From a virus (taxonomy: Duplodnaviria > Caudoviricetes): a stretch of 63,511 nt of DNA. How positions within the stretch are numbered: position 1 is the first letter of the stretch; each line of letters starts with the position of its first letter. Where the stretch lies: IMG/VR virus record IMGVR_UViG_3300025133_000099, positions 1-63,511 of that record. The stretch is one strand, 5' to 3'. The notes below the pieces were generated by a model that searched no databases, was not told the DNA's origin, and saw nothing but the letters and a program-made list of their open reading frames with translations. A program made the position numbers and the translations under genes. Shown here one piece after another: positions 39,155-50,700 of this stretch.

Positions 39155-39682
39155 TTACGAACTGGATTGATGCCTGATCGCGTGAATGGTGCAGCGGGAA
39201 CCAGTGGCAGTACCACCAGTGATCCCAGGTCTAAACCGCATGTAATGGCCGATTGTCGCTACTTCGATGACGAAACGGTGGGTCACACCGCTTGCCACAC
39301 CGCTGGTGTCCAGAGTGAGGATGTCGGTGTCAGGAATGACGGTCACATTTCCGTACTCAAGATCGAACGATGTTCGCCGATCATACCAGTAGGTATCAGC
39401 ACTGGCATCCTGTTGGAACGAAGACTGAACCTGAATAGACAGGGCAGTCGAGGAAGCGTCAGTCTGTTCGGTGTGGCTAACCAGCAGCACTACACTGTCG
39501 TAGCCTTTCACGTTCAAGCCTCCCGACCATTCCGCGCTGCCGACCGCCACCATATCAGCCGACTCATAGTCAGTTGACACCGCAACCACGCCGTCGAGCA
39601 CGTTCATCCCACGAATCTGCGAGTTACGCAGATTGCGGGAAGACTGTGCGACAACGTCGATGCTGGTAGGTATTTCAGCCAT
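39155..39682 (-). CDS. Hypothetical virion protein
   Basis: Position in the structural operon. Confidence 0.55.
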   Translation of the reverse strand: MAEIPTSIDVVAQSSRNLRNSQIRGMNVLDGVVAVSTDYESADMVAVGSAEWSGGLNVKGYDSVVLLVSHTEQTDASSTALSIQVQSSFQQDASADTYWYDRRTSFDLEYGNVTVIPDTDILTLDTSGVASGVTHRFVIEVATIGHYMRFRPGITGGTATGSRCTIHAIRHQSSS

Positions 39683-39687
39683 TCAGA

Positions 39688-40041
39688 TCACCGACCATCG
39701 ACGATATAGAAAACAGTGCGGTCGTCTGTCGTGTTGTTCGACAACGTGATCGTCAGATTGTCCGAGCCATCCCAGACGGCACGCATGACATGGTTCGCAG
39801 CCACACCATCGGTTTCAGCCAGCATTGCCACAACTGGCTTGCCGTCCATTCCGCTGAGAGCGACGACAACAGCAGCGTCACCAAGGGCGACAGTGGCCGA
39901 TCCAGACTGGACGTTGTTGAGATCGGAAATGATGTTTGCCAGCACCGTGTACAGATCCATTCCTGGGGTACGGTCAGAAAGTGCAGGGATATAGTCGCGC
40001 AGATTGCGCTTCTGGGCATCGGTGAGGGATGAAACAGCCAT
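39688..40041 (-). CDS. Hypothetical virion (possible decoration) protein
   Basis: Downstream of the major capsid gene; beta-rich C-terminus. Confidence 0.55.
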   Translation of the reverse strand: MAVSSLTDAQKRNLRDYIPALSDRTPGMDLYTVLANIISDLNNVQSGSATVALGDAAVVVALSGMDGKPVVAMLAETDGVAANHVMRAVWDGSDNLTITLSNNTTDDRTVFYIVDGR

Positions 40042-40053
40042 TTTTAGAATCTC

Positions 40054-40551
40054 CTAAAGGATTTGAGCCATGCGTTCTTGGATTGCGGCAACTGCGGTTT
40101 TTCGCGTCTTGCCTGCCTCTTCTGCTGCAAGCAGTTCGGCGAGTGAATCGTCGTGATCACCAGACGACAATGCTGCCGTCAGGCTACTCACGCTGCCGTC
40201 GAGTACCGATAGATCGGCATCTTGGGCGGGGGCCGCCGCCTCGTCCTCGTCATTGTCGTCATCTGTCTCAGGGGTGGGCTGAGAAATAGTGGGTTCAGAA
40301 TCAGGCTCAGAGGTTGAGGCAGCGGCTGGTTCGGCAGAAGCAGGAGCGGCTGCACGGGGTTTCGAGTATTCGGTAAAACACAGGAACTCCGCAGCATCAT
40401 CATCTTCACACCCTGCTTCGTCGGCAACAGAGCCGTCGATCATTCGGTGAAGAAGCATCGTATCAGGATCAACCCGATACAAGTTGCCGTCAACTCCAGC
40501 GACCATTTGGCCTCTGGAGTGCGGAAGGCGAGATTTTATGATGATTGCCAC
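40054..40551 (-). CDS. Hypothetical protein with acidic linker and C-terminal helical module
   Basis: LLAAEEAGKTRKTAVAAI; GTG start with GGAGG RBS. Confidence 0.6.
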   Translation of the reverse strand: MAIIIKSRLPHSRGQMVAGVDGNLYRVDPDTMLLHRMIDGSVADEAGCEDDDAAEFLCFTEYSKPRAAAPASAEPAAASTSEPDSEPTISQPTPETDDDNDEDEAAAPAQDADLSVLDGSVSSLTAALSSGDHDDSLAELLAAEEAGKTRKTAVAAIQERMAQIL

Positions 40552-40597
40552 GGTAGCCTCCTGCTATTCCGTTGTTAGTTCAGGCAAGTGCCTACGC

Positions 40598-42088
40598 CTA
40601 AGCGTAAGCACCTGTCTCCAACTTACCGACATTGATGAACATTCCGTTCTTCTTAGGCGCTTGAACTTGCAGTGCAAGGTAAAGTACCTGCATCCAGCGA
40701 ACACTTGTGTCGATGGTTGCGAGTGGAATCTTCGAGAATGGAGCAAGTTGCTTGATCTTCAGAACTTCGCTTGTCTGGGTCAGCATGTAACCCTTCGAGC
40801 AGTTTGGAAGGAAGCGGTTTAGGTCTACGATTGTCTGAGAAGCACCAGACTTAGCTACCTTGAACAAGAAGCGTGCTGTTGAGGCAGCGCCGCCTGCGGC
40901 AGTTCTGTACACTTCGTACCAAGCAGTGTCGCCGCCGCCATCGGTAACCGTCATGCTTACCTGATCGGAAGCCGACACAGCGATAGACGCTGATGTGGTT
41001 GGGGCACTCTTACCATAACGGTTGCAAGCGACAATCTTGTAGACGTAGGTTCCAGCATCGCTGGAAGACCAGTAAGTGGTATTGCTACCGCTATACGCAG
41101 GCGATGTCGGGGTTGCCACAGTCGGTGCAGAAGGACGCAAGGCGCTCTTTCCGACTGCGCTGTCAGACGCCAATGTGGAATCTGGGATGAAGATGTCTGG
41201 GTTCAACTTGATGTTGCCAAACGGAGTGGCGATACCAGAAATCGCGATACCAGCCATGCCGTTGTTAGGCGCAGGCAAGTCGTAACGCTCCTTCGGGTAC
41301 ATGATCTTCGAGAGATCCTTCACAGGGCCAGTCGGGAGCCACAAGTCAGTAGGCGCACCGTAGTTAGGCTCTGCGATCAGTCGCTCAGTCATATCAGCGA
41401 TGTGGTCTTCAGTGAGAGGCTTTCCACGGAGATCGATGACATTGTCGTCCTCGTACCCAGAGCGAATACCGTCGTCCAGAGCGGTGTCGCCCCAAGCCTT
41501 GGTAAGAAGCTTCTCAAGACCGTCGATTTGAACAGGGTTCAAGTCGTCGTCACCGTCGAACAAAGAACGCTCAAGCTGGCGGAGCAGAAAGAGAGTACCG
41601 TTGACAGTCTCGCGAGCGACAGCGTCACCGTGAGCAGCACGCATCAGGCTCATGACATGAGTTACGCGGCGCGAAACTCCCATGAACTTGATCTTGGTGT
41701 AGTTACGGGTATATGTAGAATCGTCCTCAGTGGGAAGATCGCCTTCAGCCATCCACACAGCGTTGCCTTCACCATACGAGTTCAGTTGGTTGAACTCTTC
41801 AATGGTGTTGTACGCCGCGTCCTTGTACAGACTGCGATAGAAGGCACAGTCCTTTGCGCGATAGGAGACGTTGAACAGGGTACTGTCCAAACTTTCCACC
41901 CGGAGGGGGAAACCCTCGCCTGCCGTAGCTCCAGGGTTGTTGATGTCGGCACCAGCGGTCAGTGCTTTGTTCAGTGCAGACACATCGTCAGCACTTGAAA
42001 GACCACCGATTACACCACCGTCAGGAAGCCCTGCGGATGCACCAGCAAGACCCTCATAATCTCTCCAGCTTACAAACTCTCCAGCCAT
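40598..42088 (-). CDS. Major capsid protein (SPO1/Twort-like)
   Basis: LRVESLDSTL, EGDLP...DSTYTR, LERSLFDGD, IDLRG, YGAPTDLWL, IPLATID. Confidence 0.88.
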   Translation of the reverse strand: MAGEFVSWRDYEGLAGASAGLPDGGVIGGLSSADDVSALNKALTAGADINNPGATAGEGFPLRVESLDSTLFNVSYRAKDCAFYRSLYKDAAYNTIEEFNQLNSYGEGNAVWMAEGDLPTEDDSTYTRNYTKIKFMGVSRRVTHVMSLMRAAHGDAVARETVNGTLFLLRQLERSLFDGDDDLNPVQIDGLEKLLTKAWGDTALDDGIRSGYEDDNVIDLRGKPLTEDHIADMTERLIAEPNYGAPTDLWLPTGPVKDLSKIMYPKERYDLPAPNNGMAGIAISGIATPFGNIKLNPDIFIPDSTLASDSAVGKSALRPSAPTVATPTSPAYSGSNTTYWSSSDAGTYVYKIVACNRYGKSAPTTSASIAVSASDQVSMTVTDGGGDTAWYEVYRTAAGGAASTARFLFKVAKSGASQTIVDLNRFLPNCSKGYMLTQTSEVLKIKQLAPFSKIPLATIDTSVRWMQVLYLALQVQAPKKNGMFINVGKLETGAYA

Positions 42089-42142
42089 TTTTCTATCCTC
42101 CAAAGGATTGTTATGCAGTCAGTCACCTGACTATTTGTTTTG

Positions 42143-43159
42143 TCAGACAACCTGCCGTATGGCGGCTGCGATGTTGTTGGGAAGGGAACCAGTCTGCTCA
42201 TAAAGCGCCGTGGCGTGGGTCATGCGATCCATTGCTGCTGTGTCGCTGTTGTCAGCGGCATGCACCATCAGAGTACGCAGGCCATTGGTGATTTGGCTCT
42301 TTGAGAGATTGTCGTGGGCAACGCCCCCGACAGTGCTCTTAGCCAGTTCGCGACTGCGAACGTCTGAACGCTCAGTCACGACGCTGCGTCGTCCGACAGG
42401 TGCAGACTCGACAGTAGATACGCGGTTAGTCAGAGACTTGATGATGCTGTCCTGCTCGGCGATGACAGTTGCCATGCTCTTGAGGATGCCGCCCTGCGCC
42501 TTCATAAGCTCACGGGTTGCACGACCGTCGCGGGAGACTTCGCCAAGAACTTGATCCATTCGGAAATCAACACCCTGTACCAAAGACTTGAGAAAATCAC
42601 TGGCGTCCACAAGGTGCCCAGCGTCCTCGTCCTCGGAAATGTGCGAGGCGAGACTCTTTTGCATTGGAACAGCCTCTGGCTCTTCTTCGATTCCTGCCCA
42701 AATCTTTCCGAGTTCGGATCGTTCAGACTTGGAGATCGTGCCCGAATCGAGGCGTGCAGTCAGGTAGGATTCGCGAGACTCACCAGTGGTAGCCATCGCA
42801 TCTTCGATTGCTCCATAGCTCTCGATGCTTTTCATTAGATCACTTGCGGTTACGTCAGCCATGCTTTTCTCAGCCTCCTCGACTTCATCAGTCGCTTCGT
42901 CTTCATCTTCTTCTACTTCAGAGTCAGACATTTCGGGTTGTTCGGAGTCGGGTTCTTCCTCCGACTTCATAAATACGGAAAAGCTGTCAGACTTGACAAC
43001 CTCCATTGCGTTGAACTCATTTTCAGGAGTAGCTTCAAGCCCACAGCCCTTACAGAGATCCGAGTAGCCCTTGTAGTCCATCCCTTCGGGGCGAGTGTTG
43101 GTCTTGGCCATGTGCGCCAATCCACCATTGGGGTCTTTTTGGAAAAAGCTGGAAGCCAT
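42143..43159 (-). CDS. Probable capsid scaffolding protein
   Basis: Between protease and major capsid gene; acidic and helical; about a dozen x-x-K-S/A motifs. Confidence 0.7.
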   Translation of the reverse strand: MASSFFQKDPNGGLAHMAKTNTRPEGMDYKGYSDLCKGCGLEATPENEFNAMEVVKSDSFSVFMKSEEEPDSEQPEMSDSEVEEDEDEATDEVEEAEKSMADVTASDLMKSIESYGAIEDAMATTGESRESYLTARLDSGTISKSERSELGKIWAGIEEEPEAVPMQKSLASHISEDEDAGHLVDASDFLKSLVQGVDFRMDQVLGEVSRDGRATRELMKAQGGILKSMATVIAEQDSIIKSLTNRVSTVESAPVGRRSVVTERSDVRSRELAKSTVGGVAHDNLSKSQITNGLRTLMVHAADNSDTAAMDRMTHATALYEQTGSLPNNIAAAIRQVV

Positions 43160-44160
43160 TATTTGTTCTCCGTTGCAGCAGAAGCCACGATTGCTGAAAC
43201 CTTGTCAGCAGACAAATGAGGAAATCTTTGAGCGACAATAACGAACGCTTCAGACTTTGTCATCTTTGTTGTTACAGGAGCACGCGCAAAATCCTGCGCT
43301 GCGCCTGCCCAATACTCCACATGTTCAAGAACTGACCAATCATCCAGCGGCCCATCAGCAGAGGATTCACCCTTGGCCAAATGCGGGCTTGTACCTGCAA
43401 AACCACCGTTGTTGGGTTCGCCACCATCGCCGTCATTGCCACTGTGCATTTGGACGACAATCGGATTGTCGTCGGAATCCTTCTTGGACTTCTTAGTTTT
43501 TGGCCGACCGTTCTGATCGTACTCCGCGCCGTCCATACTTTCGGTGCGGAGGGCGAACCCTTCACCTGCGGATGAACCTTCTGCACTTACAGCCGAGCCT
43601 GCTGTGAGTGCCTTGGCGAGAGCGTGTAAGTGCGTGTCAGTGTTCACAGGGCAGTGCGTGACTGCGACGTTGCGAACCTCGGCAGCGAGGATTGTCGTAT
43701 GATCCTGCTTATCGCGCTTGATCACTTTTCCCTCGATTGAAAAACCGATTCGGCGATTAGCTGTCTTTTGGAGCGAACGTGCAAGTGAGTAGACCTTGCG
43801 TCCTTCATCTGTGTCGAGAAGGTATCCTTCTGCCCACCAGCCGCTTGTGTCGCTGACTTGACCATTCGGAAGCTTCTCGCCTTTTCGGATGCGCTTCACG
43901 CCTGTCGGATAGCCTAAAACGTCAGTGGTCTTTTGACCGTGATTGTCGTTGAACCAGCCGTGATTCACGAATGGCGAAAAGTCCAAACCTTCTTGAACAA
44001 CCTTTTCGCCTTGGCGATCAAGCGTATCTGTGCTGACGATTCCGCCAATCCGCAGCGGATTAGCCTCGTCAGCCTTTTCCCAAGCCACAAGGGGCATGTA
44101 AACTTTGAAAGTATCGTTCATGATCGCCAAAGGGGGTTCTCGCTGCCCCTTTGTCGTCAA
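43159..44160 (-). CDS. Prohead protease (HK97/U35-type); start may be MNDTF at 44121
   Basis: GIVSTDTLDRQGE, FNDNH, GFSIEG, VAVTHCPVN. Confidence 0.88.
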   Translation of the reverse strand: MTTKGQREPPLAIMNDTFKVYMPLVAWEKADEANPLRIGGIVSTDTLDRQGEKVVQEGLDFSPFVNHGWFNDNHGQKTTDVLGYPTGVKRIRKGEKLPNGQVSDTSGWWAEGYLLDTDEGRKVYSLARSLQKTANRRIGFSIEGKVIKRDKQDHTTILAAEVRNVAVTHCPVNTDTHLHALAKALTAGSAVSAEGSSAGEGFALRTESMDGAEYDQNGRPKTKKSKKDSDDNPIVVQMHSGNDGDGGEPNNGGFAGTSPHLAKGESSADGPLDDWSVLEHVEYWAGAAQDFARAPVTTKMTKSEAFVIVAQRFPHLSADKVSAIVASAATENK

Positions 44161-44189
44161 TGTCGACGGGCCTATCGCGTTCGATATAA

Positions 44190-44219
44190 AATCTATATGA
44201 GTTTTGTCGTCTTTGTCAA
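44190..44219 (-). promoter_or_regulatory. Sigma-70-type promoter candidate TTGACA-N18-TAGATT
   Basis: Perfect -35 box in an AT-rich intergenic gap upstream of the protease. Confidence 0.55.
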
Positions 44220-44446
44220 GTGGTTCTAATCCGCAAAGCTGGGATCAAAAGGTTTGATTCCAGCGACTTAGACAACTTTGATTCGTCGCAGACGACAATA
44301 TCCGCTTTGCAAAAAGGGCAGGGGCCGTGGATGGCTCCCGACGCGGGATCGACGAGTGTGATTCCCAGACGAACGCGCAGACCGCCTTCAGTTGCGGAGC
44401 CGCCTACGCTTTTACGACAATGAGGGCAGTGGATTGTCGTCGACAT
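44216..44446 (-). CDS. Small Zn-ribbon protein
   Basis: CPHC...CPFC. Confidence 0.7.
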   Translation of the reverse strand: MSTTIHCPHCRKSVGGSATEGGLRVRLGITLVDPASGAIHGPCPFCKADIVVCDESKLSKSLESNLLIPALRIRTT

Positions 44447-44772
44447 CAGATTACCCTCAGACCCATCGCAGACGCCATCGCGCCGACTCGCGGCCCCATG
44501 TGAATCGAATGAGTGTCACAAGCTTTTGCGAGTCCTCGGAGGACACGGCGCAAACCGTCGGAATGGTGGTGACGCAAGATGTAGGCACAGGTAGTTTGGG
44601 GCGCAATCCATTTCACGAGCCAACGGATCTGCTGTTTGTCGCCTTCTTCCGAAAGGCGGTCGAAACCTGCGATATTCGGCAGAGGTACGTCTTCGTTAGC
44701 GGTTCCTGGCCACACGCAAAGAATGTCCTCCAAAGACATGCTCTCGTGAAGGGTATTGTCGTTTAGTTCCAT
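44446..44772 (-). CDS. Hypothetical protein
   Basis: Coupled at both ends. Confidence 0.55.
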   Translation of the reverse strand: MELNDNTLHESMSLEDILCVWPGTANEDVPLPNIAGFDRLSEEGDKQQIRWLVKWIAPQTTCAYILRHHHSDGLRRVLRGLAKACDTHSIHMGPRVGAMASAMGLRVI

Positions 44773-47700
44773 GCCATACTCCTAAGTTTCTGGACATCGA
44801 AAACAAGTTTGAGGGCTTTTGCAAGTTCTTCGGGCAATGTTGAAGCCGCCGCAAACTGCATCGAACTTACTTGCTCGAAAGCACCTTCTGCGCGGAAATC
44901 TACACCGTTTTGCACATCTGACAAAATGCGCTCGTAGCCGATGTTGCGGGCGCGGGACATGGCACGCTTCTTCTGCTCTGTCGAAATAGGATGCTCGCGC
45001 TCGTAGCCTGTGAACACTCGCTCGCGCACCTTTGTCTTTTTCGTAGCAATCGTCCCGTCAGGTAGCTCCCCACCAGCAGCAACCCAAATGTCGTGCATGT
45101 GAATCTGACCAACCTCGGCAGACGATGCAGTCTTACGGACGTTGACAAGGTACTTTTTGGTTTTCAGAATCGCACGATCTTTAGGCGACAATCTGTCAAT
45201 GACGCGGTTCATAACATCTGTGTCAGTGACTACTGTACCGCCGACAGACTGCCGCATCTCAGCACCTACTTCCTCCAAGTTGTCCTCAACCCATGTCAGA
45301 ATCTCTTGTGCTCGAATAGCCATATAGATTGAAGCAGCATCATGTGAGTTTGCCTGCGGGCCTTCAGTCTGGATAAACCCAGAGTTGAGGATCGCTTGTC
45401 GGTCTGCCTCTGGCAGCTTGTCGATGGCTTCACGAACCCGTTTCTCGGCTTGGTTGACAACCACTGAATCGTAAGTACCGCCCTCGGCATCGACGACCTC
45501 CAACCCAGTTTCGGGGAAACTGATGAGGTTTTCGGTGCCTCCAGGAACCTTTATTTTCTTGAGATCAAGAAGCATCTGGCGTGCTGCTATGGGGCCGAGA
45601 TTCCCTGCGACAGCGCATTTATTGCTGATTGCCTCCCACTCGTCGCGAACTTGACGCTCGGCCTTAGTAAGCATGCGGTCGCACAACCCGTAGCTGTCTG
45701 CGTTTGTAGAGGCGTGGTGAGCGATTGTCGTCAAAGCCGCCTTGAAACTCTGCGCTTCCGCTGGCTCAGAGTCAGCACCTCCGAGAACCTCACCGTCAAT
45801 GACAAGACCTTCGACGACGCCCGACGGAAGCTCGCGGCTTTCAGGGTCGAAAAGCTCTTTTTCCATTTCGCGGATTGCTGTGAACGGGCCTGAACCGTCG
45901 TAGACTGGACGGCCTTTGTCGTCAACCTTCTGAGTCATCACCGTTTCAAGCTTACCAGTGTCGGGATTGCGTTGCTTTTTCTCGATCTTCTTGGCGATCT
46001 TAGGGCCGTCAGGATCGTCAGGATTCGTGAGCATCACCAAGTTGCCATCGTCGTCCCGTTGGTAAGTCATCTTTGGAACCATCACAGGTTCGCCAAGGAG
46101 TGCGGCAGACACAGCAGGTGGAAGCATACGGGCGCAGCGAGTAATCCGCTGGGCTTCCGCCATAGGTGAAGCGAGGGAATCGTACATGTACATTTCAGAA
46201 GCGTTGCCAAGGTTCATCCCAACCTGTGCGGCATCGCTGCAAATCATGACTTCGCAGTTGTTGAATACATGTTGTTGCTTCGCGCTGATAGGCTCGTCAG
46301 TCGTAGCGTTGGCTGCTGCGATTTTGGCGTACTCAGCCTTGAGCGTTGCAATCTGCTTTATTGCCTTAGCCGCATCCTCGGATGCCATCTTCGCGGGGTT
46401 ACCCAGAAGCGCGATTGAGCGTAAAATGGCGGCAGATCGCTTTGTACCGTAAAAGTAAGCCTTCGTCTCAGTCCCGTTCCCATTGTCGAGATTCACATAA
46501 GACTCAGGTGCTTTTATCTTGAACTGATGGTCGATACAGTCTCGCTGGTCAGGCGTCCACTGCGACATCTGGATAGACGACAATCCTGTGGGCAAGTGGT
46601 CGTCTGAAAAATCTCCAGGGTAAACTGCCCACGGAATCTTTAGCTTCTTGCTCGACTCAGTGCCGTCTTCGTTTTTGACGCGGTCAACGATGAACGATTG
46701 GGGCGGGCGTCCCTCCAGCACTTTGTGAACGAACAAAGACTGCTTGCTATCGCGGCCAAGCTTATCCTTGACCTTCTGGAAAATCGAGACGTTTAGTTCA
46801 CGCGAACCCGTGTACGTCGAGCCGATGTAGGTGACAAAATACTTCTGGTTTGGCCCAATACCGTCCTTAGTCGTCGGATCAGACGGGTCAAAGTGTGGAG
46901 AACCTTCGATGACTTCGTTCACATCGCGGAATCCCATAAGACGCATCTTTGCTTCCATCGTTCGACAAGACTCTAAAATACCATTTCCGAAAAGAACCAT
47001 CTGGCGTTCACCGTCAGGGCCAGCCTTTCCACCATCAGCATGGAATCGCTCGATGTGTAGCTGCAACTGGTCTGCTGCGGCGTTTCCTGTCGTCATCGAC
47101 AGATCCCACTTCACGCGGTCAATCCGCATTCCTGGATCCATCAAAGACTTCACTTGTGGCTTGATTGTCGTCTTATCTACATAGACAACACGGCTGTTGT
47201 CGCCGCGAATAAGCCCGACCTTTCCGTCTTTTTCCTCGATGCTTGCGTCGTAACGGAGGGGTGGCGGTGCCCAGTCCTCCATCGCTTTTTTCCACTCGTG
47301 ACGCTGGTCTTTCGACATGCCACGAGGCATTTTCGGCTTAGTGACACCTGCTGCCTTCAGCCCTGCTGTTGACACGCTGACGATTTCGCCGTTTTTGACA
47401 TCAGCGAAAGTCCCATTTTTAGCCAGTGGTGCATTATCGGGAACGCTCCAGTCCTCCGGGCGGTAAGGCAAATGCAGAGATCCTGCCTTGTCTGAAACCC
47501 ACCAGTCGCCTTTTTCGTAATCACCGTCGACATTCGTTTTCAGCGACACTTCCCCGTAACCGCCTGTGTCAGATGTGGTGAAGGTCGGTGAAGAAACGTA
47601 TGGTGCAGGATTTACGTTCAAAAGATCCTTGGCTTCCTGCAACCCAATGCCAAACTCAGAAGCGACATTGTGTAGTGCATTTTCTGAAGAAGCTTCTTGC

Positions 47701-50700
47701 CAATGCTGGACTGTCTGGCCGCCTGATGGTGGGTTGTGCTTGATTTCCTTTCTGAAAGCCCGCTGGACAGCGAGTGCTACTTCAATCCGTTCAGATGTCT
47801 TTTGGCGCTCAAGCTCAAGGATCGCGGCAGTTGCGTGATCACCACGCGATTTTGCTGCCTCAATCTTGTCTGAAAGGTCAACATTCCAAGGCTTCGACGT
47901 ACCTTGGAAACGAACACCAAGCGGCCCCGCGTCAGGATTGCGGATCTTAGCGCCGCCGTCCCAGCCTGCATCGGACATACGCTTCAGCGCGGCTTCTCGC
48001 TGCTTCTTAGAGACGGGAAGCTTGTAAGGATCTTTGACACCCTTGACCGCGATTCCGTAGCCAATCGGCTTACCAGCGAGTTCAGCATAAGGCATACCAA
48101 GGACTTCACGACAATACAGATCGTAGATGTTCGCGCCTTCAAAGCCAACCTCTTGAACAGAAGGCCACTTGTTCACGTTGACCTTACCGCGAGCCTTCTC
48201 GCTTGTGAGCCACGCGGGGTCGAACGTGCGGAAATCAACTGACTTCTCGCTTTCTTTCCCTTCCTTGGTGTAGCTGATCTGCGTGTGCCGAATGTAATCT
48301 TCGGTGCTCCCTGGTTTGTAGCCGATGTTCTGAGCGATGGCCTTAGCTGCTGCTGAAGCGCGTCTGGCTTCAGGGTCAGCGAGTCGTGAGGCTTCTTCGG
48401 GTGTCAGGCCAGCAGCACCTTTCATCCCTGCCGTAGCCATAAAGAGATTGTACCGCTGGGCATGAAGCCCAGTCATGTGGGCGCTCTTGTTTTCTTCGAC
48501 ACGAACTCCGGGAAGGATCTTGCCGCGTACATCAGCGCCGCGTGCAATGTGCATGTAGCGCGACAGAATCGCAGCAAGCTCACCGCGCTTGTGCGCCTTC
48601 ACTTGAAGCTTCGGCCCAGCTTTGCCCGATAGTCCAAGCTCTTTGGGGATGGGGCTTGGCTCTAAGTATTCGGCAGTGAACTTCTCAGATGTCATGTCTG
48701 CCCATTCCTTGCCGTTAGAAAGCAATCGAATGTACTCCACGAAATCCGTAGGCGACGTAGTCATTGGAGTTCCAGTGAGCAACATCATCATCTTCATGTC
48801 GCTGTTCCACTCTTTGACCTTTCTGTTCCTCTCGGCATTTTGGTTCTTGACACCTTGGTGGACTTCGTCAATGACAATCCCGTCGAAACCGCAGGTACGC
48901 AGCTTGTCTGCGTGGATTGTCCAATACTCAGGCCCGATAACGACCATATCAGGGCGATACAGTCCTGATTTGATTCCTGCCACAAAGTCGTCGATGGGAA
49001 TGTCGTTTGAGCCTGAGCCGACGACGAGTGCCCCATCATCAAAATCGTCAGCCGCTACCCGCCACTGCTCGACAGTGTTGAGTGGTGCGACAATACAGAT
49101 TCGTTTGGGATTGTCGGGGTGTTTGCGCGTGAGATCCCACGGGTGTTCTTCCATCCAAGCTTCCAGATCGACGCCTTTGAGATCAGGAGGCGGGGTGTCA
49201 CGGTACGGACGAGCCAACATCATTTTGGCGGCGACAATCGCACTGACGGTCTTACCTGTGCCCATGTAGTGGGCAGCAAGTACACGCCCGTCATTATCAA
49301 TAAACTTTTGCAGCAACTCTTTTTGGTGGTGGGCAAGCTCGAAAATCTGACCAGTCGGAAGCTGCTTCTGCAAGCCTGCTCCCCACTCGTCGGCAAGACG
49401 CGCAGGGTCGATCTGTTCAAGCTCAATGCTATGCGTTGAATCCTGCGTAGCCTTCTCTGCTGCGACCAGCATGTCTGCTCGATCTTTCAAAAGGCGATCC
49501 GCACCGTCGGTGAGCGACAATCCGCCAACTGCTTTCCGCAGTTTGTGGAAAGTATCCAAGTCGCATCGAATATAGTCGACGACTCCTGTCAGCTTGTTTG
49601 GAACAGCGGACACACCGTCGACCGTCGAAAGAACGCCCTCGGTGATTCGCCCGTCGCGGGGCAGCTTCAGGCGCATCTCACGGCTGACAGTGGCACCACT
49701 ACGCGGATCAACTTCTTCGTGTAGATAACCAAGCAAGTCTTTTTCCAAAGCGTCGGGAGAAGCTGAAGAAATAGGTTGACGGGTAGACGACAATACGGCT
49801 TTGTCGCCTGATCGACGGAATGACCGCCCAGGAGCGCCGCCGCCCACCTCGCCAATAAACTCGTAAACAGTCTCGTAAGCTTTCGACTTTTCAGCCTCGA
49901 AAGTAGTTTTCCACTTGGCTTTCGCTGGCTTGTAGTGGTCGTGATACCACTTCTTTTGAGGTTTCGAGCCGTTGTACCAAGGAGGTAAGACCCCTGATGC
50001 AATAAGCTTGCGCTCATGTGGCGAAACCTTACCTGCTGGGGCAGCAGGGATGTCCTGTACAAGAGGGTCAAAGCCTTCAGGCATTCGATCCCACCCTGGT
50101 TCCGCTGGAGGTTCGCCAGCCTTCTTACCCATAATCACGCGAGAAAGGCGAGCGACAACGTCCTTGCGCTTTGCAGACGCAGCTACCTGTTCCTCTGGCT
50201 CAACTGTGATGATTACGCGCTCAAGGTGCCTTGGTAGCTGACCAGCTTTACGCTTGGGTGGCGGGCGCATTCGCACCTGCTCGGCAGGAATAATAGACCT
50301 GTCGACATTCCTGATGTCTTTGAACATCGTGTCTTTTTCAAGCATGTGGTCGACACGCGGAGTCTCTTGACCCAGTCGGCGCTTCCACTCTTTTCCAAGA
50401 ATCTTCGGCTGTCCAGAGCCGTCAAACTGAACTTCCATGTGGTAATGGTGCCCAGTGTCGCCAGCCTTATCAACCTTCCAGCGGCCTTTACTGTCCTTGT
50501 AGCGGCGACGATCTGTCTTGACAGACATCCAAGTCGTGCGCTTTGCGCGTGCCGCAACACGGGAGTATTCCTCAAGGTGCGCTGCGCTGGTTACTTCTTC
50601 GCCATTCGGCGTGAGCAGGCGTGACCACATCGGATTGTCGATGCGGAAGCTTCCGCTGCCATCCCGCTTGGTCTTGATAACGGTACTCGTACCGTCGGGA

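Noticed and set aside
14987-44160. Non-phage contractile injection system or tailocin
   Set aside because: Portal, capsid, protease and replication genes are all present, so this is a phage.
46240-48760. Intein in the SNF2 insertions
   Set aside because: I see no C/S...HN-C/S/T splice junctions or LAGLIDADG motifs.
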